A stretch of DNA of 64,000 nucleotides from contig OX597814.1 of NCBI GenBank assembly GCA_951406725.2, forward strand, positions 151,466,001-151,530,000. The letters run 5' to 3'. Made by a program: the position numbers and the translations under genes. Numbering within the stretch: position 1 is the stretch's first letter; every line of letters begins with the position of its first letter. This DNA comes from Octopus vulgaris (lineage: Eukaryota). Below the pieces are notes generated by a model that made no database searches, was not told the origin of the DNA, and saw only the letters and a list, made by a program, of their open reading frames with translations. Below, one piece after another: positions 11,263 to 25,540 of this stretch.

Positions 11263-14127
11263 TATTTTCTGACATTTTCTTATAGTTTCATTTTTACCTT
11301 TTCTGTGAGATTTTCCTGGATATGTTTTCTCTCGATTATAAACAACGCCGTCCAGTTAGAAATCCTCAGTACAAGGAAGTGAGCTGTAATCTCTAAGATC
11401 ACAAGGAGGCAACTACATTTTTGACATACCTAAGATTACGTCAAAAGGTTAGTATTTAGTTTTAGGGCGGGGAAATAAGGCCAATCGAGAAGAGCTGCTA
11501 ACGCTAACGTAGTGTAAATGCATCATATGCTAAAGTGATGAGCCAAATTAGTGACTGAACTTATTAGTCCCACTTAAACCTACTTGATGCACCTACTTTT
11601 CTTCTTCAAGCCATCCCAAACAAGTTCCGATTTTCCGGGCTCCATTCTTTTAAAGCCTATCCTACTTCCCCATTTTCATACATTTGCAATAATTGAAAAT
11701 TAACTTTAATCAGGTTAATTTCACAGAGTTCTCTTCATTTACAACTCACCAGTCTAGAAGGAAGTAAACAAAAATGCCTAAGAGCATATTTATTCTTCAA
11801 AGTAATTGCTAATAATTGTTCCTAATTTAGTCATTAAGACAGCAGTTTTGAGCAGCGGAGACTTGTCAACACCCCAATATTTGGTTATTAATTTATTTTA
11901 TAGATCCCAAAAGAATGAAAGGCAAAGCTAACTTCGGCTAGATTTGAAGTTTGAAAGTAAAGGGCCAGAACAAATACCGCAAGACATTTTTTTCCCTATG
12001 CTCTAATGAGTCTCCTTGATCACTGCCTTATGAAGTAATCTCTTGTAATTATTTCCAGTTTAGGCATAGAGCCAATAATTTTGAGTGAGGTGGTAAGTCA
12101 ACATCATCGACCTCAGTAGTTGACTGATATTTTATTGACATTCGATAGGATGAAAGGCAAAGTTAACCTTGGCGGGTTGTGACCTGACAAAATAATCTCT
12201 TTTGAGATATTGGTTTCAAATTTTGGCACAAGGCTAGCAATTTCGTGGTGGTTGAGGGAAGGTAAATCGATTACATAGACCTCAGTACTTATTTATCGAC
12301 GCTAAAAGGATGAAAAGCAAAATCGACTTCGGCTGAATTGGAACTCTGAACGTAAAGACCGACGAAATGTCACTAAGCATTTTGTCCGGCGTGCTAACGA
12401 TTCTGATAGCTTTTGAGATATCAAACACAAAAAAATGAAGGTAGATTTTCCAGCCACGTTATACTCGCCATTTCTATTGTAATTTCAGTTAATTTTCTGA
12501 AGAGCAGGATGTCCCTCACTCTCACCTTCAAGTGGTACTTGAAGAAATTAAGGTTTGGTTAGAAGAGGAAAAGTTCCATCCCTCCAACTTCTCAGATATA
12601 TCCACCATATATCTTTCGCCATAATCACCTTTTCCTAAAATATTGTCAATGATTAATTAATATTTTGCATTTGTCTCCTTCGCCGATTTTTTTCAAGGAT
12701 TAGTCATTTAGACAATAATAATCATTATTATCACGAAGATTGTAATTTGAATTAAAATTTCTTAGCTTATTGCATCATCTACTTTACTATGAAGTTTCCA
12801 TATAGCTCGCATTCTTGGTTAATTTTCCTCGGACATTGTTTCAGAGATAGCTTTCTTGAAATCCATTTCTACATAAAACGAGCCATTTGATTTAATTTTT
12901 CTCTATTGAACCGAATAATTTAACCGGACTCTTAACAAGCGACAAAAAATGGTCAGCATGCTTTTACTTCTCCAGAGTTCTGTGTCGACATTGATTTGTC
13001 ACATGGAATTTCTTCAAAGAGGCATGGATCATCTCGAATTCCAACACCATAACGATAACATCACCCGTGTGTGCAGATTCAGTTACTCTCTGCCTTAGTC
13101 GAAGAAAAACAGGAGGCAACCCATACAACTTTTGAAGAAAAAAACCTCAAGAACCTAAAGGTACAGAGTAGCAAATCGGTATAAAGATGCACTTTTGGGT
13201 GTCTGCGAATGCGATACGAAACGGTTCCAATAGATGGTCGTTAACTTTGACAACCGGGAAGATATCATAACTCAATGAAGTGATCCAATCTCTGAATAAT
13301 GGATTGAAATCGACTATAGCTATAACATTCGCAAGGTAGCAATGGCTGACTCTGTTGGACACTTTACATTGCTCTGAACTAGTGGCTTTTAACCTAGGTG
13401 GTAGCCAGTTTGAAGGCCTTGTGAACTTAGAAAAGGGGATGGTACATGTCAAGATGGACGTTGGGTGTTTAGAGGGGTCGTGAGTTTTCTTAGAAATAAA
13501 ATATTTAAACCAGGCACAATACTTATATTTTAAACGTTTTTTTTTTCAAAATCACTTAGTTAGGATTAAAGTATGAGTTCGGACATTGTATAATCAGTAG
13601 ACAAAAGCCATAACTAACAATGCACCAAGGCCCAGTGTAATTTCCTTATATAAGTGCTAATTTCTTTTTAGTATTTCGGTAAAAATTACCACAGGGTTAA
13701 TTAGTTCATGCAAATATCTTTTAAGGAGAGACACATCACAGAATGGAATAGTCTAAAGAAGAATGGATACTGTATGATTAAAAATAAGCGAAAGGAGCGT
13801 TTGAAAAACACCATTTAGTAATAGGCGGCACGGAGCTACAAAAAACAGAGTCTGTGATCTTTACTGATATGCAACCTATCACTGTTAAATTGTTAAATAA
13901 GACCCACCCCTATCTTTGATGTAATGTGTGATACAGAGTTTGACTTGAATGGATTTTGCCTCAATCGCACAAGTTTGTACGAAAACGATGGCACTGTTAA
14001 AGACAAACAATAAATTCTTTGTTATCTCTTAGCAGCTGTTTAGCTTCTGGTCAGGCTGAAACAGTATACATATGATCAATGCTATTTTAGCTGTAACAGC
14101 TCAGTTTACATACATACATACATATAT

Positions 14128-14251
<124 letters not shown>

Positions 14252-14559
14252 GGATAGATGGGGAGAGAGAGAATGTGTGTATGCGTGTAGAATTCACACT
14301 CCTTTGCATTAACATAATGAAATCCTAGATACACATTAAAAAAAAAAGGGACAAGGTTGTCAGAGCTAGAATGCATTTGACCAGCCCTTTTTCTTCTATT
14401 TGAATACGACACTGTGTGCCTTGAAGGAGGCTCGTTGCTATGGGCAGATCTGCCCAAACTAATTCTTATGCCTAATGTATTTTCTCCTTGAAGGTTATAT
14501 AACCCAGGGCTGTTTATAAACAAGTTTTTCTTCATAGAACTAGTGTGTAACGTAATAAG

Positions 14560-15017
14560 CTAAACATAAAGGGGACAAACAAGGGATTAAGTCGATTACA
14601 TCGACTCCAGTGCGTAACTGGTACTTGTTTAATTGACCCAGAAAGGGATGAAAGGCAAAGTCGACCTCGGCAGAATTTGAACTCAGAACGTAACGGCAGA
14701 CAAAATACTCCTATGCAGCTCCCCCGGCGTGCTAACGATTCTGCCAGCTTGCCGACCTGTAATAAGCATATATTATAAGACATATGTTTCTTTATTGCCC
14801 ACAAGGGGCTAAACATAGAGAGGACGAACAAGGACAGACAAAGGGATTAAGTCGATTACATCGATCCCAGTGCGAAACTGGTACTTTTATTTATCGACCC
14901 CGAAAGGATGAAAGGCAAAGTCAGCCTCGGCGGAATTTGAACTCAGAACGTAACGACAGACGAAATACCGCTAAGCATTCCGCCCGGTGCGCTAACGTGT
15001 CTGCCAGCTCGCCGCCT
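14560..15017 (-). mobile_element. Two tandem family-B SINEs
   Basis: Copies at ~14560-14755 and ~14785-15017, both matching 951-1171. Confidence 0.8.
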
Positions 15018-16308
15018 TTATTATAAGACTTATAGATATTCAGTAACATACAAATAACGCGCATGTGTGTAAGTGGGTTGCAACGTAAGCATATACTATT
15101 CAAAATAAATCTGGCGCAATTTCTCGGACATTTCAACCGCAATGCTTAGTGAAGGAGTAACGCAATTAAGCTTTTGTCCAGCCGTCGTCATCAGCTCTTC
15201 CTTGTTTTCGAGTAATTTCTTCTTTTCCTTATTTGCTATACTGGTATTTCTAATGACCAAAGTGACCAATCCTTGCATTAAATATGCGACCGCACAAGCT
15301 GCACTTGTGATTGGATTCGGCAGGTTTTTCCGTCTTTGCTGTTAGTAATTTTCGTTTTTTTAGTTGTTTTTCTTCAATAGGTTCTGCTGCAAGTTGGTGA
15401 TGTTCAAATCTGGACAAGTCAACTCTGGAACAGACTATGCTCAAAAGTCTATGAAATCCTGAGTCAATAAAAGTTGAACGAATTCTGCCCTTTCGTTCAG
15501 TATCGTTACAGAGTGAGAAATTGGTATGGGTCAATATAAGGGGAGATTTCAGTTAAGAAACATCGTGTTGTATATCTTTTAAGTTAGAAGTGAGAGCGAA
15601 TTTCCCCTATAATTCTAATGCTTAGTGGTATTTCGTCTGTCTTTACGTTCTGAGCTCAAATTCTGCCGAGGTCGACTTGCCTTTCATCCTTTCGGGGTCG
15701 ATAAATTAAGTACCAGTTGCATACTGGGGTCGATCTAATCAACTGATTTGTCGAAGAGTGGCTTTTCCAGATGATGGCTGGGATGTTATTTGGACTTAAC
15801 CTTTTTAGAGATTTTTAAACCTTTTCTACGGCAAATCTCTTCTACCGCTCTGCATTGGTAGGCACTCTACTAATTTTTAATTGAAGAAAAGTTCACCTTT
15901 TAATTGAAGAAAATGTTGAACATAAAGGCTCGTACATAAAGGCTCGCACATAAAAGAAAAGATCGTACATAAAGGCTCAAGATATCTCTTAGCATGAGAA
16001 TAAGACCAAACACGAGATTTATAGACACATTCTACTCATCTCTATTAATGTTGATTAACGCAGGCTAGGCTTTCCTGGAAATTGTTATCGTACGTAACAA
16101 CGGACCATACTGGCTATTAAGTTTTGGAGACTTGCACACCTTATGAGACCACTCAACTACATTAATGTTATTGGCAAAGACAGACAACACGAAATTAAAC
16201 CTGGGACAGAGATTCGTAGAGCAGCGTGATTAATCGCATTTCCGTTGCGGCAACTTGAAGAATATAATATAATATATAATATGATATAATGTAATATAAT
16301 ATAACATA

Positions 16309-16365
<57 letters not shown>

Positions 16366-16567
16366 GATAGATAGAAACATACACAGATACATACATAGAC
16401 AGGCAGACAGACAGATTGATATATATATATATATGTATGTATGTATGTATATATATTGTTGTATTTCGGGACGGTCATTTTGTTTTGCCAAATAAACACA
16501 CGCACTATATGTTTTTTTCTTCATTCGTTTATTACTGTTTGTATTTTATTTTTAAGTCATTATCCAT

Positions 16568-16612
16568 TGTCCGGAAATTTTTCATCACACATCTGCGACC
16601 TCTTCAGCGGCA
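16568..16612 (-). ncRNA. Minimal type I hammerhead motif
   Basis: Minus strand: TGCCG-CTGAAGA-G-GTCGCA-gatg-TGTGAT-GAAA-AATT-TC/CGGACA. Palindromic AAATTT stem III. Homologous to 31673-31715. Confidence 0.65.
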
Positions 16613-16818
16613 CTTTTCCTTTTCGTGTGTGTTCTCGCTTCACTTACTCCATTCTGTTCTTCTGCGGATACACGCCTTGGAAGAAAAGACTGGAGTAAGC
16701 GGAGCAAGAACAGTTGAATTAGGTACTTAAGTTGAAGCACCAAATCAGTCCGGTATTATCCGCACAGCTCGAAGTGACGAGAATAAAATCAAAATAAGCA
16801 ACAAGATATCAAGTGGTA

Positions 16819-16906
16819 ATGCAGTACGACCGTTTCAAGCGGCTCCATTTAATTGAACAATGCAATCATTACATCAATTTAAATGCAGTGCTATCTTCAG
16901 CTGCAC
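16819..16906 (-). ncRNA. Type I hammerhead motif with long stem II
   Basis: Minus strand: GTGCAG-CTGAAGA-TAGC..long hairpin..GCTT-GAAA-C-GGTC-GTA/CTGCAT. 6-bp stem I. The base of stem II is imperfect. Confidence 0.65.
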
Positions 16907-16963
16907 AAAATATAGAATTTTTTAACATACATACAGATAAGCAGCTAAAAAATTCTATATTTT

Positions 16964-17045
16964 GTGCAGCTGAAGATAGCACTGCATTTATGTAATGATT
17001 GCATTGTTCAATTAAATGGAACCGCTTGAAACGGTCGTGATGCAT
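16964..17045 (+). ncRNA. Degenerate hammerhead motif (mirror copy)
   Basis: CTGAAGA 16970-16976 and GAAAC 17028-17032 are present, but the triplet is GTG and the first stem I pair is lost. Confidence 0.5.
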
Positions 17046-17497
17046 TACTTGATATCCTGTTGCTTAATTTGAATGTGGATTCGTCCTTTAACTGGAGGTT
17101 TCAAAAAAAGACTTCTAACTTTGATTCTTCATACTTTACTGGGAGTTTACAGGCGTAAATTTGCAAAGATATAAAAGTAGTACTTGTATATAATGCATGA
17201 TGAATTTATGGAATGAAGTTCCATAAATCCCATCAAATTCTTTAAAAATGGAGGAAAAACAAGTTGTTAAAATTTATAAGTTTAATTCTTGCAGACGATC
17301 GTTTCGTACAAAGATATATAAATTCATGATTGAATTAAATTAAATTAATATCATCGTACTCTTCAGAGCAGGAAAGAGAGAAACCATATAACAAGGAACT
17401 TTAAAAAAGAATAGAGTCGAAAAAAATTGGATCTAGGAGAGTCATATTGGTATCCGTGTGACAAAGAGATGTCATGTCAAATATCCGACATTATATA

Positions 17498-17560
<63 letters not shown>

Positions 17561-17704
17561 CAATTTAATAAATAAATCATATGCATACATACATACATAT
17601 ATGTACATACCTACATCTATATGTATATATACATGCATATATGAGTACAGGACACCACAAATAAACGTAGAACACAACGAGAAACGAAAACAAAATCAAA
17701 CGGA

Positions 17705-17856
<152 letters not shown>

Positions 17857-18315
17857 TATGTCTAGATAGTATGCATGCACACCTACCTAACCCTAACCCT
17901 AACACTAACCTACCTAAAAAAAAGGGAAAGAATCAGAGATCCTTCCCGATTCATAGGCTCGTAAGGCCGGTTTCCCGGATTCTGTGACGTATATATCTCC
18001 CTCATCCACTTACGCTAGACGGGATGCCCGGTACGTCGCAGGATAACTTTTTTTTCCAGCTGAGTGGACTGGAACGATTCGTTGTGTTTTTCAGCAAAGC
18101 ACCTCGCTTTAGCGTCTCCACGTTTACATACATACACGCATACATACAGACATGCATCTATATATCATGTGTGTGTGTGTGTGAGTGTGTCTGTGTGTGT
18201 GTATAACGAAATGTTAGCGCCAAGCATAACCTAAATATATAATATATATAAATTAATATATATATATGTATATATGTATGTATGTATATAACGAAATGTT
18301 AGCGCCAAGCATAAC

Positions 18316-18412
<97 letters not shown>

Positions 18413-18526
18413 CGTGATCACCGTGACCGACCAGGCTATCAGATGTTGCTACACATCGCTGGTCACAATGCGCTTCGCATTGTTTTAGCCTTCGAATGAC
18501 GCCACACACACATACATATATATGTA

Positions 18527-18566
<40 letters not shown>

Positions 18567-18835
18567 TGTGTGTGTGTGTGTGTGTGAGTGTGAGTGTGAG
18601 TGTGTGTAGTGAATCTTGCATGCATGAAGTGGATTCGACCCACCACAGCCAAATTTAAATTAACACTGCAACACAACTTTTCCCACGATGGAACAATGGT
18701 TTTTCTCTCACAGCAGTTTTACATTTTCTATTTCTCTCTCCCTCCCTCTCTCCCTCTCACTCTCTCCCTCTCTCACTCTCACTCTCTCTCTATCTATCTA
18801 TCTTTCCACCTCAGTCCGTCTGTCTATCTGTTTCT

Positions 18836-19253
18836 ATGTATGTATGTATGTATGTATGTATGTATGTATGTATGTATGCTTGTATGCATGTATGTATGTA
18901 TGTATGTATGTATGTATGTATGTATGTATGTATGTATGTACGTATGTATGTATATGTATGCATGCATGTATGTATGTATGTATGTATGTATGTATGTATG
19001 TATGTATGTATGTACGTATGTATGTATATGTATGCATGCATGTATGTATGTATGTATGTATGTATGTATGTACGTATGTATGTGTATGTATGCATGCGTG
19101 TATGTATGTATGTACGTATGTATGTATGCATGTGTATGTATGCATGCGTGTATGCATGTATGTATGTATGTACATATGCCATGCACATACACAACACATA
19201 CAGATACCGCGCATTATGAACTTCATACATACATACATACATACATACATACA

Positions 19254-19283
<30 letters not shown>
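18836..19283. repeat. (TATG)n ... (CATA)n compound microsatellite
   Basis: Directly visible. Source of the MYVC/HTYI pseudo-ORFs. Confidence 0.95.
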
Positions 19284-19286
<3 letters not shown>

Positions 19287-21070
19287 CTATCTTTTTACTT
19301 CTGCTCATCTGTCTGACTGTCTGTATGTATGTATGTCTGTGTATACATATTCGCATGCGTATGTATATGCAGATATAAACACACATACATATACCGCACA
19401 TTAATAGCTACCTACTAACCTACAGACATACATATATACACACGTGTGTGTGTGTGTATGCATATATGTGTATGTGTATGACTGTATACACATATACGAA
19501 TACACGTATTTATGCACCCAATAAATATACACACATACATCTATATCTGTATATGTGTGCGTATTTACGCTTGTATCTGAATATATATATATATATACAC
19601 ATATGCTTGCACATAAACACATACATATTACATACATACATACATACATATATGCTTGTACGTGTGTGAATGTATAGACTCACACACTTGCATGTACCTA
19701 TACATATACACATGATATACATGTGTGCATCTACGTGAGTATGTGCCGAAAGACATGTACATATGTATACTTTTATATTCAAATTCTTTTCTACATATAT
19801 ATATGGTAATGTTTAATTACGTGCATGTGTGCGTGTATGTGTGTGTTGAGCGAGTGTGTGTGTGTGTGTGTGTGTCAGTGTATAGATTACGATTTTCAAA
19901 AGATACAAAGAGTTAATGCGTTTAGTTTGGAGGTATATGCTAGCAAAATATGTCTAGATTAAGAAAGAATATCACCTATCGACTTCAATCCGAATAAATA
20001 TTGAGGGAAATAAAAGGATGTTGACTCGGTGTTCGGGAGAATAAACAGGGATAATTTAGCGGATACAAGACTAAACTATACATATAACACTATTTAAGAA
20101 TATATTGCACTAATTATTGTTTTTCAGTCAAATCTATTTTGCATTAATTTATTTATGAAAAAATTAATATTACAAGTCATATTAAGAACAAAAGCCTAGT
20201 ATGGAATAACCATTAATATTAAATGCCAAGTCAATTTTCCTAGCTACCGCAGATGTCGGTGTTCTGATTGGTCAAAACATGTGTGACGTACACATCGTTA
20301 CTATTTCATTACCTATATTGTTCCGAGTTCAAAAAGTCTTAAAATTTTTGTTTTAAATTATGTTATAGAATTGTTTTTACTATATAATATGCATTTCTTA
20401 TGGTATGAATGAAAGGAATTTGCACAGGAAAATAATTAAAAGCGCTGAATGTTGATCATTTGCGTAGTCTGCAAAGGTTGATAAATGTTAAAATATTGTT
20501 TATCATTGGTAGTATAAGCACAAACATCTTTCGCTCTTTATACACACATATACAAGCACATACGCAAGTGTGTGTGTGTGTGTATATGTGTGTGTATGTG
20601 CGTGTATATGTGTGTGTTATATACATACATGACATATGCATACTCAAATACATACATGCACGGACGCAGGCACGCATACATATACACATATATTATATAT
20701 ATATTTATTCATTTATTTATATATCATATTTGGTTTCATATATATATATATATATATTATATTTGATATATATCGACAGAACAGCTTCTGTACAATATAG
20801 TCTTTCTGTTATGAAAATCATTTTTTTTAATCTTTAATCCTTTCAAATATTTTTGTTAATAAAATTCTACTACTACTATTACTACTACTACTACTACTAC
20901 TACTACTACGGTGGCTGCTGCTACTACTACGCGCACACACACACTCACACACACATACGCCTACTATCTGTTGATTGGTCTTTCTACTAAAGCCGGAACT
21001 GTCTCTGCCTGCATTTAATGCTTGGAACAGCTGAAGTACTATCAAATGGTGTTTGTCGTGCGGAGGGAAG

Positions 21071-21330
21071 ATGACGCGTACCTTGCTCAGTTCGGTGAAA
21101 AATTGCGATACTCAGTCAGCAAAGGCTATTCTTATACACGAGCAGTATGACAATATCAATGCTCAAGATTCGTGTGAGGGTGGCACTGCCTTATTTTGGG
21201 CCTGTTCTAATGGTTTAATAGAAATAGTTCGATTTTTAATTTCACTTAATGCTGATATTGAAGCTTCTACAGCATGGAATGCTACTCCGTTACATGCTTC
21301 GGCTGATAATAACCATATAGATATTGCCGG
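21071..21330 (+). CDS. Ankyrin-repeat protein, coding exon 1
   Basis: ATG at 21071 (AAGATG context). Ankyrin motifs GGTALFWACSNGLIEIVRFLISLNADI and NATPLHASADNNHIDIA. Donor GG|GTATGT at 21331, phase 2. Confidence 0.9.
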
Positions 21331-22729
21331 GTATGTTGAAATTCTTTTGTTACTCTTTGTTTCTATGTTATTTAATGTTCAATAGCATTTCCAAGAATTA
21401 CTGATATTTGCATCAACTCATTGTTTATGTATCATGACCAATTGATTAAGAAGTTATCTTTAAAAAAAAACATTTGTGAAGTTGGAAAGAAGTGAAGTGT
21501 GGATATCCATCCGAAGGATCTATACATATATTTCAAAGAGCTAACCTTGTCGTGCAGTTTCACATTCTGATTCTGTTTGTGAACTCCATCAAGGCTATAA
21601 GAGTTTCGAATTTTCAACCACTGGATTGAGTTGGCAGTTGAGTCGTCGAAACCCATGAGGATCCATACATGTTTATATATGTGTGTGTAAAACCTACTTT
21701 CAACTCCTAAAATTCTAGTTTAATTTACTGTTCTTTGGTTGATGTAAGAAAATCTATTACGCTTAATCCAATACGTCCCGTATAAACATTTTAATATTTA
21801 TAATTATATCTTTAGAAGAAGGATGACAATGATTTCGAAGTTTCGATCTGCTAGCCTTTGTCGTACTTTGCTACACTTTGTATTTTAACTCGACACAATG
21901 GGATGATTGTGTGTGTGTATGTGTGTGTGAGAGAGAGAGAGAGAAAGATGAGGAAAGTGATGGCGAAAGTGTGTAGGAAAATAGGTATAGGAATTACATT
22001 AAGGAATCGGAAAGAAAAATATTTCTCAACCATGCTGGTACAACGTCAATGAAAATAAGTTCTTGGTTATTATTATTTTTTTTTTAACTCTTTAAGTTCT
22101 TAAAAATAACCAAAATATTGAAAGTTGCGATGAGTTAAAAGTAGGATATGCATCAGTCGTGCTGCTAGTAATTGTGGATCTTTTTCTAGAGCGCGTGGTT
22201 ATATTTACATTTTATTCAGAAAACTCGTGTCGATTTATAACAAAGGATCGCTTACATATAAACAACGGGGCGAGCTCTTTTGTGTTATGTTGGTAAATTA
22301 CTATTATTATTTTTTTTTTTTTTGATTTATCAGCGTAACGAATTAAAAGTGAAAACTGCAGAAGCACGTGTATTTCTATATCATAAAGTGTTTTATATAT
22401 GTGTGTATATATTTATATGCATGTGTGTATCTGTATGCATATAAATATGTATTTGTATATGAATATCAATATATATTTAAATATGTTTATATATGTGTGT
22501 GTGTGTACATATATGTTATATTATAACATAAGAGCAGGAAAATTACATCAAGAAATCGTCACAGAAAATATGCGTCGAAAATAATATTGTATTAATAGAT
22601 CGATGTATACATATATAAAAGTATGATTATTTAAATGCTTTAAGAGTTTTTTTATGTAATTTTCCTGCTTTTATTTTATAATATAATATATAATCACGGA
22701 TCTTGTATTCTCATTGAATATATTTCATT

Positions 22730-22753
22730 AAGAATATATATATATGGGAAGCA

Positions 22754-22784
<31 letters not shown>

Positions 22785-23917
22785 GGTGTATATATATGTA
22801 TGTGTGTATATGTAAATGTGTGTGTATATATATATGTATGTATATATATGTTGATGTAGGTATATATATATATATATGTATATATATGTGTGTGTGTATG
22901 CATATATATATATAAATGTATTTATATGTGTATATATGTATATATATATATATATGTGTGTGTATATATGTATATATATATATATATGTGTGTGTGTGTA
23001 TATATATATGTGTGTGTATGTATATATATATATGTATATATATGTGTATATATGTGTGTATGTATGTCTATATATATATATATATATGTATATATATGTA
23101 TGTCTATATGTGTGTATATATATATGTATATATATGTGTGTGTGTATATTATATATGTCTGTATATGTGCATATGTATGTATGTAAGTATATACATGTAT
23201 CTCTATCTGCATGTAAAAATGTGTATATGTACGTATATGTGTATATATATATATATATTTGTATATATATATGTATATTTTTGTATAGGTCTGTATATGT
23301 ATGTATACATATATATATATATGCATATATATATATATATATATATGCATATATATATATACATATATATGTGTGTGTGTTGTGCATATATATATGTATG
23401 TATATGTAGCGTATATATATATTGTATATATGTATATAATGTTTGTATATATGTATATATACATGTATATATATATGTATATATGTGTATATATATATGT
23501 GTGTGTATATATATGTATGTTTATATGTGTGTGTATACGTATTTGTATGTGTATATATATATATACATGTGTGTGTATGTATATATATGTATGTTTTATG
23601 TATGTGTGTATATGTATGCATAAGTCTATGCTTGTATTTATATATATTTGTGTTTGTGTTTTGTGTGTATATATATATATATATGTGTGTGTGTATATGT
23701 ATGTATAAGTGTATGTGTATATATATGTGTGTGTATATATATATTATATATTTGTATATGTATGCATATATTTATGCATGTGCATATGTGTACATGTATG
23801 TATACATATATTTATACATATATGTATATATTTGTGTATATATATTTTTGTATGTATATATGTATATGCATGTATTTGTATGCATGCATATATACATGTG
23901 TGTGTGTGTGTGTGTAT
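22730..23917. repeat. ~1.2-kb compound TA/TG low-complexity tract in intron 1
   Basis: Directly visible alternating purine-pyrimidine sequence. Confidence 0.95.
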
Positions 23918-24080
23918 AAATTGTTAGTGCAATACATACTCAATACACAATGAGTTTGTGGCTGAAGCGATAGCATTAATGCAATAACATTGAAACCCAA
24001 CAAAATCTCAGCCTTTAAGTGGTCGTTTGGTATATTAGTATTGATAAAGGAAATTTTATAACATCAAAATCTCTCTCGAA

Positions 24081-24559
24081 CAGGGTCACCAAACTGCGGG
24101 CCAGATCCGGTCCGCCGGTGCGCTATAATTTTTATTTAAGTACCTGCAATGAGCGTTTATGTGTCTCTGATATGGCATCAGTGTTTGGAACAACTCATTT
24201 CTGAGCAAGCATTTTCAAATATGAAGTATGTGAAGTGAGCACACCGAACGCGGTTGACTGAACATTTGAAAGCATTTCTCTTGGTTGCATGTAGCAGTAC
24301 AAAAGCAAATATTGATATCTTAAAAGCTAAACACCAGTTTCACAAATCTCACTAACCTTTTTTGCTGGTTAGTTTGTGAGATTCGGATACGTGCGCATTG
24401 GGTGTGATATAACTCCTGTATTGCTAACGTCGCTTTCTTAGATAACCTTTTGGTAAATAAATATTTTGATTGTACTTATTTTTTGTGTTTTCACCGTATT
24501 GTATTAAAGAAAATGGTTATGTGGTTTTGGCCCGGCATGAAAAAGTTTGGTGACCCCTG
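24081..24559 (+). mobile_element. Internally deleted hAT (Charlie/SPIN-like) element
   Basis: TIRs CAGGGTCACCAAACT ... AGTTTGGTGACCCCTG. Relic of the hAT dimerisation region (MASVFGTTHF, compare FGSTYxCE). Confidence 0.75.
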
Positions 24560-24639
24560 CTCTAAAGCCACAACCTAACACAATCGTGAGCCAAACCTCC
24601 AAATTACTTATGCTACGCGCCTTTATTTTGGCTAATACA

Positions 24640-25540
24640 ATCTTAGATAAACAGAATGGGATAGTCATGATTAGATTGTCTTTGATCATAGGTCTTTTTT
24701 ATCAACTGGCTTAAACCTAAAGAACGCATTAACGTTTACAAGGTTCCTTGATTTACTTCATAGTTGCAACCTAAATTTCCCTCAAATTACACGGCCACTT
24801 AAAATAAACGGATACGTAGATTAATGTAGTTCATAAAAATGCCTTCGATCATTTGATCTGTAAACAACAGCGTTGAATGCGACTCAACCGGATCTAATAG
24901 TTTTCGTTGATAAACCGTTAGCTGAAAATTAGGAGAGGTTTCTGAGTAGGAGTTTTCCCTGTCTGACTGTCATGAAAAGAAAACAAAAAGAAAAAGGTTG
25001 GGGAAAGGACACATTGTATAAATTATACTCTGTGTTATACTGAGAAAATTAACAAAGACAGGATTGTCGCGACTTGATCATCTTGGGTGACTCGAGTGTA
25101 ACAAGTACAGGTCAATTAAGAGTATTTCTGAATGATAGCTTGACTTGTTAGAAACAGCAGCCAGATATCCCCCTTATTGCACCTTGTTTTATACAAGGAC
25201 AAGACAAATTAAATATTGTAGTATTTTATATATTTTTTTTAAAAGGCGAGATGGTCATGGCTGTAATACTTTAGAGTTTAGGCCTACTCAGGCTTGACCA
25301 GAGGTTAAACAACGTTATCCTCCTGTGTTAACCCCTCGGTAACATAACACAATCTAAAAAAATCTACGCCAATTTTTGTTAGAAATAGCCGCGAAATTTC
25401 CCTTAAATTAAACTCTACTCTCTTAACTGAAGGGCATGATATAATTTTAGTCACAAATACATTATCTGGAAAAAAGGTGCTATGGTTATGGTAGAACTTC
25501 TTTGATCATTTTGGCTTAGAGCTGACGGGCTAAACTACGT
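24640..25540 (+). repeat. Cluster of degenerate copies of an old dispersed repeat
   Basis: Recurring AGAAAYAGC..AAAT.TCCC and GATGGTCATGG...TTTGATCAT motifs. Related pieces at ~3300-3500, 8890-9760, 30410, 32720, 33220 and 53060. Confidence 0.45.

Larger units (their letters stand above)
16788..17073. repeat. Long inverted repeat (~130-bp arms, 21-nt spacer), each arm carrying a hammerhead motif
   Basis: Arms ~16788-16924 and 16946-17073 are near-perfect reverse complements. Confidence 0.9.

Noticed and set aside
10740-11382. Recurrent ORFs such as FQSFDCGHAGAPP and MSSNARGTNTDT
   Set aside because: They are translations of the family-A SINE, repeated at every copy.
12430-13140. Possible decayed transposase on the minus strand
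   Set aside because: Codon-like texture, but no motif I could assign.
15110-15200. Minus-strand CTGATGA ... GAAATGTC
   Set aside because: No stem I pairing. The region looks more like decayed coding or transposon sequence.
20265-20290. ATTGG and TGACGT motifs upstream of the ankyrin gene (also ATTGG near 20974)
   Set aside because: Plausible promoter elements, but too short and sparse to support without transcript data.
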